From NCBI GenBank assembly GCA_027262695.1, contig GCA_027262695.1_4722.1: a stretch of DNA of 64,000 nucleotides. One strand, given 5' to 3'. The notes under the pieces were generated by a model that saw only the letters and a list, made by a program, of their open reading frames with translations, was not told where the DNA came from and searched no databases. This DNA comes from a phage. A program made the translations under genes and the position numbers. This document shows positions 29,551 to 39,600 of the stretch, in pieces. Numbering within the stretch: position 1 is the first letter of the stretch; each line of letters opens with the position of its first letter.

Positions 29551-30651
29551 TTATTTGGCTTCGTTAAAATAAATATCAACGGCACGTTCCGTTGCGTAGA
29601 GAAGACCCAGATTCACGGTCCCTACCACTTCCGGTGAACCGATGATACGGTTAGCGATACTGGTGCCACTGAAGATAGCATCAAGGGTGTGCCCGTCTTC
29701 GGTTTTGTTCACACCATGACCCACGGAAGAGACAACGGATTTTGCCTGTGCTGCGAAGGTACCTTTATCCCCCATTCCCGCACCCAGGTCGTAACGCATG
29801 AAAATACGGATGGCGATCTGGTTCTCGCCTAACGGATTACCGTCTATTCTCACGTTACTGTTGTTGATGCGTCCCGTTGTTGCTTCGTTGAGTTTCAGTT
29901 CCTTAACGCGTTTAGCTCGCGCTTTATCCGCTTCACCCACAAGTGCTGCCATGGTTTCACTCATGTCTTCAATCTGGGCACGATACAACACATCGATCTG
30001 TACGACTTCACCATGCACGTCAGCCCGTGGGTTATACTGACTCATACGGCGTAACGCTTCAACCGCTTCCTGACTTTCATCGCTCAGATCGGTCGCAATC
30101 GGTTCTTCCAGTGTTGCCAGGATCGTCCGAGGTTCAACATGATCGCCGATTTTCACCAAACCACGAATGTTGAGATGAGCGTCAACAATGAGCGTACGAC
30201 TCTTAATCGATGGTGTTACGAGACGATCAGCGAGATTGTCGAAGATATACGAACTGTCCTCGTGCGTTTCTGGAATATCCAAAATACCAACCAAAGACAG
30301 AACGCCTGCGCGCCAAACCACCTGACCTGGGTTCCACCAATCCCGTTTGAAATAAAGACGATGGAATACCACTACATCCTGATCCTTAACGCGATCACCA
30401 ACTTTATAATCGGTAATGAGATCGTGAGGATAATACTTACCTGGTCCTTTCCCGATTATCGTACCGAGTTGGAAAACCTCTTCCCCTAATTCTGGATCGT
30501 CGTATTGTATCGTAAGCGCTGTTTTGGTGACCTTCTTCACAACACCATCGCCTTGAGCAGCTGCTGCGAAGAGTTTACCAACACGATGCGCGATAACAGT
30601 CTCACCACCTGTACGCCATGGTTGTACGTCGTAACCTTCAGCAGCTATCAT
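29551..30651 (-). CDS. RNA polymerase beta-subunit segment, 3' exon (GDK catalytic-region motif)
   Basis: 366 aa ORF; ...YDLGAGMGDKGTFAAQAKSVVS aligns to the E. coli rpoB GDKMAGRHGNKGVIS region, and IGDHVEPRTILATL / PRADVHGEVVQIDVLY align to upstream rpoB segments; the frame stays open upstream to a stop at 30796..30798, so the exon probably starts between 30652 and 30795. Confidence 0.6.
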   Translation of the reverse strand: MIAAEGYDVQPWRTGGETVIAHRVGKLFAAAAQGDGVVKKVTKTALTIQYDDPELGEEVFQLGTIIGKGPGKYYPHDLITDYKVGDRVKDQDVVVFHRLYFKRDWWNPGQVVWRAGVLSLVGILDIPETHEDSSYIFDNLADRLVTPSIKSRTLIVDAHLNIRGLVKIGDHVEPRTILATLEEPIATDLSDESQEAVEALRRMSQYNPRADVHGEVVQIDVLYRAQIEDMSETMAALVGEADKARAKRVKELKLNEATTGRINNSNVRIDGNPLGENQIAIRIFMRYDLGAGMGDKGTFAAQAKSVVSSVGHGVNKTEDGHTLDAIFSGTSIANRIIGSPEVVGTVNLGLLYATERAVDIYFNEAK

Positions 30652-31148
30652 GCGGTTGTGCTGTATACCTATAAATACGAGACGCTTTGGCGAAATCCAG
30701 CAAAATACAATTACTGTGCGTCTAGATTGTTCAGATAAGGTCGTTAATCTTATCCCGGTGGTGATGATAGGTGCATCACCAACCCGCTTGCGCTCTCACG
30801 CAAGAGCAGACTATATCACATCTCGTTTCAAACGGTGCTTCTTCAGCGCCTCAACGAGAGTTCACTTCTTCCCAGCGCATCCAGCGCCATTCTCTTATCC
30901 AAGGAGAATGCCTCACTCGAGGGGTACAGGGGGATGAATCCCTTAGTCGTTGAACCGTCACCCTAGAACGTTTCACAACGATCCTTAGGCGATTGGCTGC
31001 GGATTGTCCTTAAGCTATTATCTGTTTTATAACCATACCGTCTTTCTTTTCAGAATCCGTTTTGGTCGATAACAGCGATGGATGTCTTCGCAATTCAGTG
31101 AATCTCATCTACATGTCGCCATATAGACGGACCCTGCTATTAAAAGCG
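30652..31148 (-). ncRNA. group I self-splicing intron (boundaries approximate) in the RNAP beta gene
   Basis: Minus strand carries an R-like element GGTTCAACGACTAAGGGATT (30956..30937) and an S-like element TGATATAGTCT (30818..30808) that can form P7 (GACTA/TAGTC), followed by a P9-like hairpin (30806..30786); no ORF >60 aa in the correct orientation. Confidence 0.55.
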
Positions 31149-34100
31149 TTAATCATCTCTGTCGGCAGCAGGTACTGCAAGTGCCGATGTACTCATTATT
31201 GACGAGCTACCATCCGTTTTCTCGTCGTAAGGTTTTGTTTCACCGTATACAGACACGATGTTTGCGTTAGGTGCAAGATAAGCAGAGATACCTACATCGC
31301 CACTGTCCTTCGTACCTTCAGATACCACACCGATGTCTGACTTGTCGTATTCACGATCGCGTGCGCGTCGAAGCGATGTTTTCGAACGACCCCCGATACC
31401 GGTCATCGTTGCTTCTTCACCCTGCTTGATATCCAACATCGGGTTGGTTTCATCGATGACAATAGAAGCACTGTCGTCAAGGATTTGGTTCCAAACGCTC
31501 ACCGGACTGATTGAGATCTTCTGTCGGTTGCCTTGGCTGCTGTTCTCGTTTTGACGAATAGCACCAACCAGATCCTTATACACCAACTCAGCGAACTTAT
31601 CGTACGTTTTGAAGCGCTGGTAGTTCACATCGTTCGTGTTCGGTGCCCAATCATCCAGAAGCAGTTCAACAGCACGTAATAACAACATGGCGAAATCAGT
31701 CGGTTCACCCATGTTCTGCAATAATGTACGACTTACCGGGTCGACGAAAAGACGCTCCATGAGTTCAAGTTCGCGAAGATGACGAACCTTAAGACCTGCA
31801 CCATCGACAACGTTAAAATAGATATCCCGATTGTCAAAAGCGCCGCGAGCGTAACCGATGTAATTACGGTATTCGTTAAATCCACCCAACAACAATGTCG
31901 TCATTCGATCATCTTTACTGAAGATCAAACTTTCATCGTCGAAGCTTACCGCGAATTCATCCGATGCTAAGCCCATACGAGAACCACGAACTACCGTACG
32001 GTAGTTCGCTTTAAGATGTTCTAATAACGGAGTAAGTCCGCCTAGGTAACTTAGCACAACGCCAACCGGGATACGTACGCCCATGAACTCAAGGTCAGCG
32101 GCTTCGATAGGCATCTTCGCGGCATTGATACCGAAGAAATCAGGGAACGTTCCAACCGGCGTTGGGGTTTGATTCGGTTCGTAAACGTACAACTGATTCT
32201 GATTATCCACCGCCAGGAATTCACCGTTGGTGTTTTTGGCGAACGTTAAGAATCCACCCGCCAGCTGTTCGGTGAACAAATCTGCGCCGATATGTTCTGG
32301 CAACGTTTTGATATCGAGGCGTATGTCCCAATCCGCAAATTGAATTTGGGTGTAGTTACGCGCAAGCACAGCGAAGTAATACGGAACTTTGACAGCCGGA
32401 TCAAAGACGTTACCACGTTTTAAGGTGGTTAGCGGGGAGGTTTTATCGTAATACATCGCTGTGAGTTGACGTGTTAACCAACGACCAGCATTATTCACGA
32501 CACGCTCTGAACGTTTAACAAACACCTTACCGTAGGCGGTACTCAACGCAACTTCGGATGATGATACCTTTCTGATAGGTTTATCAACACGTTGTTTACG
32601 CATCCGGTATTTAATACCGTTAACGACATAAATACCGTCCTTACGAACCTTCGGTAACATCACCGGGAACGTCGTTGGAACACCACCCACCGGAGCCAGC
32701 TTGATCGTGATGACCTGGTAATCACCCATCACGTCAACAACATCTTCAACTTTATATCCGGTAACAGGATAGCCTGCTTGTTGCACTGCCACAACGGCCG
32801 CTGCGATGTCCTTTTGCATCACGTGTTCAACGTAATGTTTATCCCACACCGCAAGCGTCGATTTACATAGGCTCTTATCGACGATAACATCCGCTTCCGG
32901 CATAACCTTTGCTGGCGCTAATTTCGCGGCTTTTGGTTTAACCTCAACGTATTCAGCAAGCGTTAGTCCAGAACCGTCAGGTGCTTCAATTTCATGAATC
33001 GCGTCAGCGTTACGCATCGCGGCTTTATATTGAACGCCGCTTAATTGACCCGCATCCGCGAGGTCGCTCGCACGTACCAACACCGCATCGGATAACGACT
33101 GAATATATTCACCGTGCGTTTTCGGCAACGTTGCCGCATCGAAGACATCATCTTTTTCTTCCGGCACGTCGTCGTTGACGACCTCAAAGAGATCATCGGT
33201 GATGTCTTGATCTTCGTCCGGTTGAAAATCGGGCTGAACTTCAACGCCCGGGACTTCACGAACATCTTCGAACGCACGCTCAACAACCGCGTTCCATGCT
33301 TCAGCGTCGTCATCCTCATCCGATCCTCCGATCAACTCGCTTTCCAGTTCATCGGGGTCAAGAACGGTATCGAGATCCTCACCGTTAGGAAGCACGACAT
33401 CACGTTCATCGTACTCCGCATCGGGACTGTCTGCGAGAATATCACGCTCCTGACGAAGAACCTGCTCCTCTTCTTGTTTCTGTTCTTCTTCGTTGGCGCT
33501 CTGCGACCACAGACGGGTTACCGCCATCATCCAACGACGCTGGAATGTTTCAAGCGTTGTCTTATCAAGTTCCTCGCCTTCCTTCGCCAAACCCGAACGC
33601 CATTCTTCCATTAAACCAAGATTCAGGGTAAAGAAATAGACGCCGTCCGTAAATACAACGTTAAGCTTATCCAGCGAAGCACGATCCAATGACGCCATCG
33701 TACTGTTCTCACGATCGACACCTAACCAGCGGAAGAAGTCAAAGAACGACAGCTCCTCTGAGGTGGCAAAATTCATGAGGTTATTACGGGTTGGGGCTTG
33801 TTGTGTCGTACGCATCAACGATATCTTCGGTAACGTCGACGGGATACGGAATAACAAGAACTGCTGACGGTCGCTTTGCTTGGCGATCTCGTTTGCTTGC
33901 GTCCAAATCGTTTTACGCACGTTGAACCACTCATCATACCAACGTGTTAGCGTCGGACGATAGATGTACATGTGGTTAAGATGCGCATAGTTAGCCACGA
34001 TCTGGGCGTTGATGTTCTTCTCAACCTTGCTAAGATCGGTGACCAAACGAAAACGACGATGCGATGCACGGTAATCCAGTTTCGCACGCGGTAGCTGAAA

Positions 34101-34358
34101 TCGCTGATCGCGTCGAGGCGCGCCTTGCTTGGTTGCGAGGTCATCCGCGAACGATATCCAAAGCTGTGCACTTTCTTTGCTCAGCATGTATTCGTTTTCA
34201 GGAGGACCTATTAACGAAGGATCGGTTGCTGTGTAATGATAAACAGCATAACGCGGCAGCTGCAAAAGCTGCACCAAACGCAATCTAGGTGATAATAACT
34301 CTTGATAACGTCGTACACCGAATTGTCTGTAGTAATCAAGGTATTTAAGTTTTGCCAT
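31149..34358 (-). CDS. RNA polymerase beta-like subunit, N-terminal and middle part (5' exon), with a long N-terminal extension
   Basis: 1069 aa; C-terminal region NPMLDIKQGEEATMTGIGGRSK...VSVYGETKPY aligns to the rpoB fork segment [26 protein letters not shown]...LSVYAQTNEY; own ATG with a GGAG RBS; acidic low-complexity insert. Confidence 0.65.
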   Translation of the reverse strand: MAKLKYLDYYRQFGVRRYQELLSPRLRLVQLLQLPRYAVYHYTATDPSLIGPPENEYMLSKESAQLWISFADDLATKQGAPRRDQRFQLPRAKLDYRASHRRFRLVTDLSKVEKNINAQIVANYAHLNHMYIYRPTLTRWYDEWFNVRKTIWTQANEIAKQSDRQQFLLFRIPSTLPKISLMRTTQQAPTRNNLMNFATSEELSFFDFFRWLGVDRENSTMASLDRASLDKLNVVFTDGVYFFTLNLGLMEEWRSGLAKEGEELDKTTLETFQRRWMMAVTRLWSQSANEEEQKQEEEQVLRQERDILADSPDAEYDERDVVLPNGEDLDTVLDPDELESELIGGSDEDDDAEAWNAVVERAFEDVREVPGVEVQPDFQPDEDQDITDDLFEVVNDDVPEEKDDVFDAATLPKTHGEYIQSLSDAVLVRASDLADAGQLSGVQYKAAMRNADAIHEIEAPDGSGLTLAEYVEVKPKAAKLAPAKVMPEADVIVDKSLCKSTLAVWDKHYVEHVMQKDIAAAVVAVQQAGYPVTGYKVEDVVDVMGDYQVITIKLAPVGGVPTTFPVMLPKVRKDGIYVVNGIKYRMRKQRVDKPIRKVSSSEVALSTAYGKVFVKRSERVVNNAGRWLTRQLTAMYYDKTSPLTTLKRGNVFDPAVKVPYYFAVLARNYTQIQFADWDIRLDIKTLPEHIGADLFTEQLAGGFLTFAKNTNGEFLAVDNQNQLYVYEPNQTPTPVGTFPDFFGINAAKMPIEAADLEFMGVRIPVGVVLSYLGGLTPLLEHLKANYRTVVRGSRMGLASDEFAVSFDDESLIFSKDDRMTTLLLGGFNEYRNYIGYARGAFDNRDIYFNVVDGAGLKVRHLRELELMERLFVDPVSRTLLQNMGEPTDFAMLLLRAVELLLDDWAPNTNDVNYQRFKTYDKFAELVYKDLVGAIRQNENSSQGNRQKISISPVSVWNQILDDSASIVIDETNPMLDIKQGEEATMTGIGGRSKTSLRRARDREYDKSDIGVVSEGTKDSGDVGISAYLAPNANIVSVYGETKPYDEKTDGSSSIMSTSALAVPAADRDD

Positions 34359-34361
34359 GGG

Positions 34362-34548
34362 TTAGGCTCCACGAGGTCCCGTTAAGTTGCGTAATAGGAA
34401 CGCAACCGTATCGTAACCAATATCAATGTTGAATTTATTTTTACCGCTTACCCAGAAAGCACGCTTCTTGTGCGAGTTGGTAATTTCGTCGATGGCTTCC
34501 ATGGAATAAAGAACGTTAACCGAGACCGTATCACCGTCGAACCTTGTC
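34362..34548 (-). CDS. RNA polymerase beta-prime N-terminal subunit, 3' exon carrying the FDGD catalytic motif
   Basis: Minus-strand frame open from 34562: RTEAKTRFDGDTVSVNVLYSMEAIDEITNSHKKRAFWVSGKNKFNIDIGYDTVAFLLRNLTGPRGA-stop; resembles rpoC [20 protein letters not shown]...SQDVVLGLYY; stop TAA lies 3 nt before the beta-gene ATG. Confidence 0.5.
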
Positions 34549-35198
34549 TTCGCCTCAGTTCGCTACGCTGAGACCGCCTGCATGGATACGTACATGACAG
34601 GCTGCTTGCACTTTCATGCAAGAGGAGACTATATCAAACCGGCAGCTTCACCTTCTCGATCGTATCGAGAATGCGGTGCTGAAGTATTCTTCAGCAGCAC
34701 CTGCTACGGTAACCTACACTTCGAAGACGCTTGTCCTCTACAGGGTGGTAAATCCCTTAGTCGTTGAACCTGCGTTGTTTCCCATTCTTGGTTGCAAGAA
34801 TGCCGTATTACTACGCAACAACCAGGCTGCTGATTGCCCATTGTCTCGCACCTTAGCACCGCTTACGCGGCTTTTCTTTCAGCCTAAGCCTCTTACGGAG
34901 GTAGTGCATCTCAACTGTTGTTTCTGCCTTTCGGCACCCCATGGGTCGTTGAGCTTTAGGGGTTCCCAGCAATTCGTAGGTTTTTCAAGCACTCCCTTTC
35001 GGGAATACCGGACAACTTCCCTTGAAAAAAGTCTTTATTTTTCAAGGACTTATCCCCGCCGAGTCCCTGGAGGTACGGGCTCGGAATGCAAACCGTTTCT
35101 ACGAACGATGCTTTTTGTTTCCAATCAGGGTATTCCCATGCGATATATCGTTCGTCAGTAATCGGTTCCCAATTACTATCAAGTTCTGTCTTGGGAGA
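34549..35198 (-). ncRNA. group I self-splicing intron (boundaries approximate) in the RNAP beta-prime gene
   Basis: Minus strand carries R-like GGTTCAACGACTAAGGGATT (34770..34751), S-like TGATATAGTCT (34636..34626) and a P9-like hairpin (34622..34605) that shows a compensatory pair change relative to the other intron. Confidence 0.55.
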
Positions 35199-36518
35199 AG
35201 CGTTAACGGTTGTACGCGCATAACAGGTTAACGGAATGACTGACTGCATGCCCGATACCGGATAACGTGTTACCATCGCAGCCAGGTTGTTCCAGTATTT
35301 ATATCCTGCGATATAGATAAGCTCAGTATAAGTAATGGGGTGAACATCCGCACCAGGTTTGTTAAGCATCTCTGGCGGTATTTCACTCATACCGCGGAAA
35401 AGTCGGAATGAATCGTTGTTTACATAAACCAAACAGAGATAACGACCATTCACCATGATAGGTTCGTTACGTACGCCTGGATCGCTTAGCGTGTTCAATA
35501 AACGTTCGATACCATCCCAAGTAGTAAAGTCATCGATGGTGTCAGGATCAAGTACGACTCGTTCACGTTCCATCGTTTCGGTATCGATAAGCTCAACCTC
35601 GGTAACATCACGGACGAAGATCTCTTGCAAAATACCAGTACGTAATGCGTGTTGCGTTATCGGAAGGGCTGCTTTGCTCATCTGGTATAGACCAAGCTGT
35701 ACAGATGTACATGACGTTTGGTTTGGAGAACCGAGAACCTCCGTTGTGGGGTTAATTGCCGAAATAACGTTACGGGTTGAGTTCCAAACACGACGTGAAC
35801 CGAACTTACCTTGGAAGATCCCTTTCTTACCCTGGAACATATCCAACAGCAATGCGTAGATATCATTGAAGGTTCTTTGCAGGCTCCAGCGCTGTCCGTC
35901 GTAGACAGGATCGTTGTAGTCCTTTAATCCATCGGGAACGGTATTGGAGATAGCAAGGAAACGACGGTAGAGCTCCGTGATTTCTTGTTCGCTTTCATAC
36001 CCGCCTTCCTTTACTTCTATTTCACGAAGACCAGCAGGTAACACCAATAAATGACGGGTCATCGCTTTGAACATGTTTTCTTCGACAACTTTAATACGCA
36101 GTTCTCGTTGCGCTGAACCTGTTGAAACGAACTTGATCTCCGCAACGTGTTGTGCGAAGAAACCGTAGCCGGTTTGTCCCGTTAATGCGTCAGCAGCAAC
36201 GAAATCACGCTGTTCTGGATCCCATCGTGCATAAGCTTTACCGGACATGATATCGCCATAAAGGTGTTTCAATCGAATAAGGCGATCGTAAATGACCGGA
36301 TGCAAGATTTCCACTTTACACTCGATGACCGCAAAGCGGCGATCACGATCTTCACTACCCGCACTCCCAAAGATGGTGTATGAATAAAAACCATCATCAT
36401 GGAAATTACCCGTACTCGGGTCACGGATACTCATGCTGGTAATCTTAGGAAGGAAACGCAACTGCTGCTTATCAAGATGCAGTATACTGATATTGAACGG
36501 CTCTCTGACTTTAGCCAT
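35199..36518 (-). CDS. RNA polymerase beta-prime N-terminal subunit, 5' exon (ORF reads through into the intron to 34956)
   Basis: ORF 34956..36551; start trimmed to Met 12 (AAGGAG RBS); LPAGLREI...GGYESEQEITELYRRF resembles rpoC [44 protein letters not shown] resembles GKRVDYSGRSVI; homology ends near ...ARTTVNA (about 35199). Confidence 0.6.
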
Positions 36519-36691
36519 GGATGCACTCCTTAAATAAGGCGGCGGTATCATCTGAACACATGAGAGACGTAATGGGTGAAGCCATCACCCATCGCTTCCC
36601 TGCTTGATGCGAGGAAGGTATTAAATTACGTACCTGTCCGATGGCCTCGAACAGGCGATGTATGAAGCTATGCTTCAATTTGGAGGTATAC

Positions 36692-39600
36692 ATGGTAGAT
36701 AAAACCCGTGTTGAGGGTGATGATAATTGGGATAACTGGGATGAGGACTTCTCCCTGGATCTCGATTTTGATGAACCCAAAGACGACCGTAAGCCCATAA
36801 CCCGTTATGCAATAGGTGTCGCCAAAGGGGCTGCTGAAGATCTTACTTCCTACGAAAGAATGAAGGAGATCGCCAGAAACGCATTACCTAAGGGTTATAG
36901 CGACGGTATGGATCTTATCGATTCCGCCGTCGGATCCACGAAGGAACTATACAATGAAGCCGTTCGTGACATTCTTCCGAAGGTACAAAGCTCAAAACGG
37001 TTAGCCGCACAACTGACGAAAAAATACCGTGCGAGCATGCCCGATTTCTCGAAGAAAATTATCGAGCGTTGGGAGCAAGAAGCCAAGGAAGAAGACGAAC
37101 GTAAACAGGCGGAAGCCGATCTTAAACAACGCATGGCGAATGCAGGTGATGAAGAAATCGCTCGCAAGGTCGCTGAGGCGTTAGGAGAAGCGGCTAACCA
37201 GAACGCGGATCAGTTTGCAGAACAACAAGCAAAAGAAAGTATCCGTGACGATATTGCTGATAAACGTTATAATGTCACCAACAAACAGATGAGCGCGATG
37301 CAGGAAGGCATCGCCAAGATGGTTGGTTTCAATAACGAATTCGCCGCACGCTATATGCGTAAAAGCCTGGAACTAAAATACCGTTCTTTGGCGATACAAC
37401 GCGCGAGTTTCGATCAGCATAAAAAGTTAGCCGAAGTCTATATCGGTTTATTACAGAACATCCAAAAGAACACGGCTTTACCGGATGCGGCTAAAGCAAA
37501 AATGTCGGAAGAATTTCGTCGCACAGCGTACCAACGTTTCTTTGGTAACGCATTGAATGCGATGAGTTCTTTCGAGAACCGTTTCTTTGCTGATGTTAAG
37601 AAAAACCTTGCAACCAATGCGTTGGGTGCGTTGAAAGGTGTTGTGTCTGGCGCACACGACGCCCTCTCCGGTTTAAACGAAGCACGCGACTCGATGTCCA
37701 TGATGGACGGTATGGGGTCAGAAGGCGATATTAAGGAAATGCAAGGGAAGATGCTGGGTCAGTTGATCGGCTCAACCGTTGCACCATGGATGGCGAATAA
37801 AGGCATGACGGCATTGCGGGATTTAGCAAAACGTCATCCTAACGCTAAATTCGCCAACGCGTTAAAAGCGGTCGATCAAGGCGGTGAAGCTGCTGCTTAT
37901 ACAACGCGTAACGTTGGGAAACTGCTGCAAGAAGATCTTCGTAAAAACGAATTCAACCTCAGCGATCCCTTCTACAAACAGTTCCTGCGTGGGGCTGGAC
38001 GTTGGGCCTTCAATCTGGACGGTGGTCGTAACTTCCGTGTGATGAACGACACCGCGGAGACGTTAGCTGAACAAACATCTTTCGATGGTTTAACCTATCG
38101 TAGCATCAACGAGGTCATTCCCGGATTTCTTGCTCGTATACTGAAAAGCACTGAAGGTATCCGTACCGGTGAAAATGATCCTGATTACGAGGTCTATGAT
38201 GGCATCAGCGGGCAATTCGTTGCTCAACGTACCCGCGAACAAGGTGTAACCGACACCCTCTTTAACAAACGTTCGTTCGGTTATTACGCCGGTCGTTTTA
38301 ATGAAGTTATCTCGGTTATCGATCCCGATAAACAGCTGTCAGAAAAGGCAAGGAAAGCCTTGGCTAAACAGTTAGCACGCGACAGCGATGCGAACATGGC
38401 TTTCGATCCTGCTCGATATACCGACGAAAGTAACTTTGATCGCAGCATCGATAGAGACGCCATTAAAGAACTTTCTGCGTATTTCAAAGATCGTTACGGC
38501 ATTCGTGACGATGTTGATGATGAAGGTAACCGTCAACAGGTTATTGAAAACCGTGGGCAGTACTACACGGAACGTAACCGCGCTGATCTGCGGTACGGTA
38601 ATCTGAAATCCTTGCAGCCGGATATCCAACGCAACCTTAACCTTCTGAAACGTACCGGTGATGTTCAATACCTGGAACGCATCGGGATCGTAACAAGAAA
38701 CAGCGATGGCAGTTATTCGGTTAATCACGATCGTTACTTCTCTGAAATCGATCAATACATCGACCGACCGGAATACGCTGACCGTGGTGATGTTAACACG
38801 CGACTCAGTGCCCAACAGACCAGGGCGTTGGCGTTAGGCTATCGTGACGACGTTGCGTCAAACGCTGACGTACAAAATCGTGCGTTACCAAACCTCGATC
38901 GAACAACGGTCGGAACGGTAAACATCGATGAGAACATCGGATACGAGAAATGGTGGAACGATGCGGGTGTTATCACCACATCGCTTGAAGACCAAAATCG
39001 AGCATGGCAAGAACTCTATCTTGAAGCGCTTCAGGAAGCTTCGCATCAACGTGAAACGATGCTGGAACTTCTGAAAGCGATCTCAGAAAAAGAATGGGGT
39101 GGTAGCGGCGTTGGCCGCCAGGGCGAACCTGGCGGTGAAGAAAGTGATGATCGCTCTATGTTAGGTCGGATCTCCGACCTAACACTAGGTAAAGCCGGTA
39201 GCTATGCCTGGAAAGGTGCAAAAGGAGCTGCCAAGTTCGGATGGAAATGGGGTCGAAAAGCGGCGACATGGGGCGCAAAACGTACGTGGGGAAGCTTCGT
39301 AAACTCAGCGCGTCGAATTATCAACTTCAACCGTTTTGTGTTCGGTGCGTTATCCAAGGTCGATCAAGTTCCGTTTGACATTTACGTTAAAGGTGAAGAT
39401 CGTCCACGTATCTTAGCTGCAAAACTTCGTCAAGGTCTGTATTTCGATGAAGCCACCGGCAAAGCCGTCAAACGGATGAAGGATATTAAAGGTCCGTTAG
39501 TTGATGCTGACGGCAACATCGTCATCAGCGCTGAAGATATCGAGAAGGGATTGATTACGCGCGCTGGACGTGCCTTCGAAAACTCCGGTTTGAAAGCATG

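Noticed and set aside
30652-35198. Homing endonuclease gene inside either intron
   Set aside because: No ORF >60 aa in the correct orientation in either intron; the 80-codon read-through of the beta-prime exon into its intron has no LAGLIDADG, GIY-YIG or HNH features.
36511-36798. 95-aa minus-strand ORF spanning the beta-prime/giant-protein intergenic region
   Set aside because: Covers the divergent promoter region and the start of the giant gene on the opposite strand; Ser-rich junk translation.
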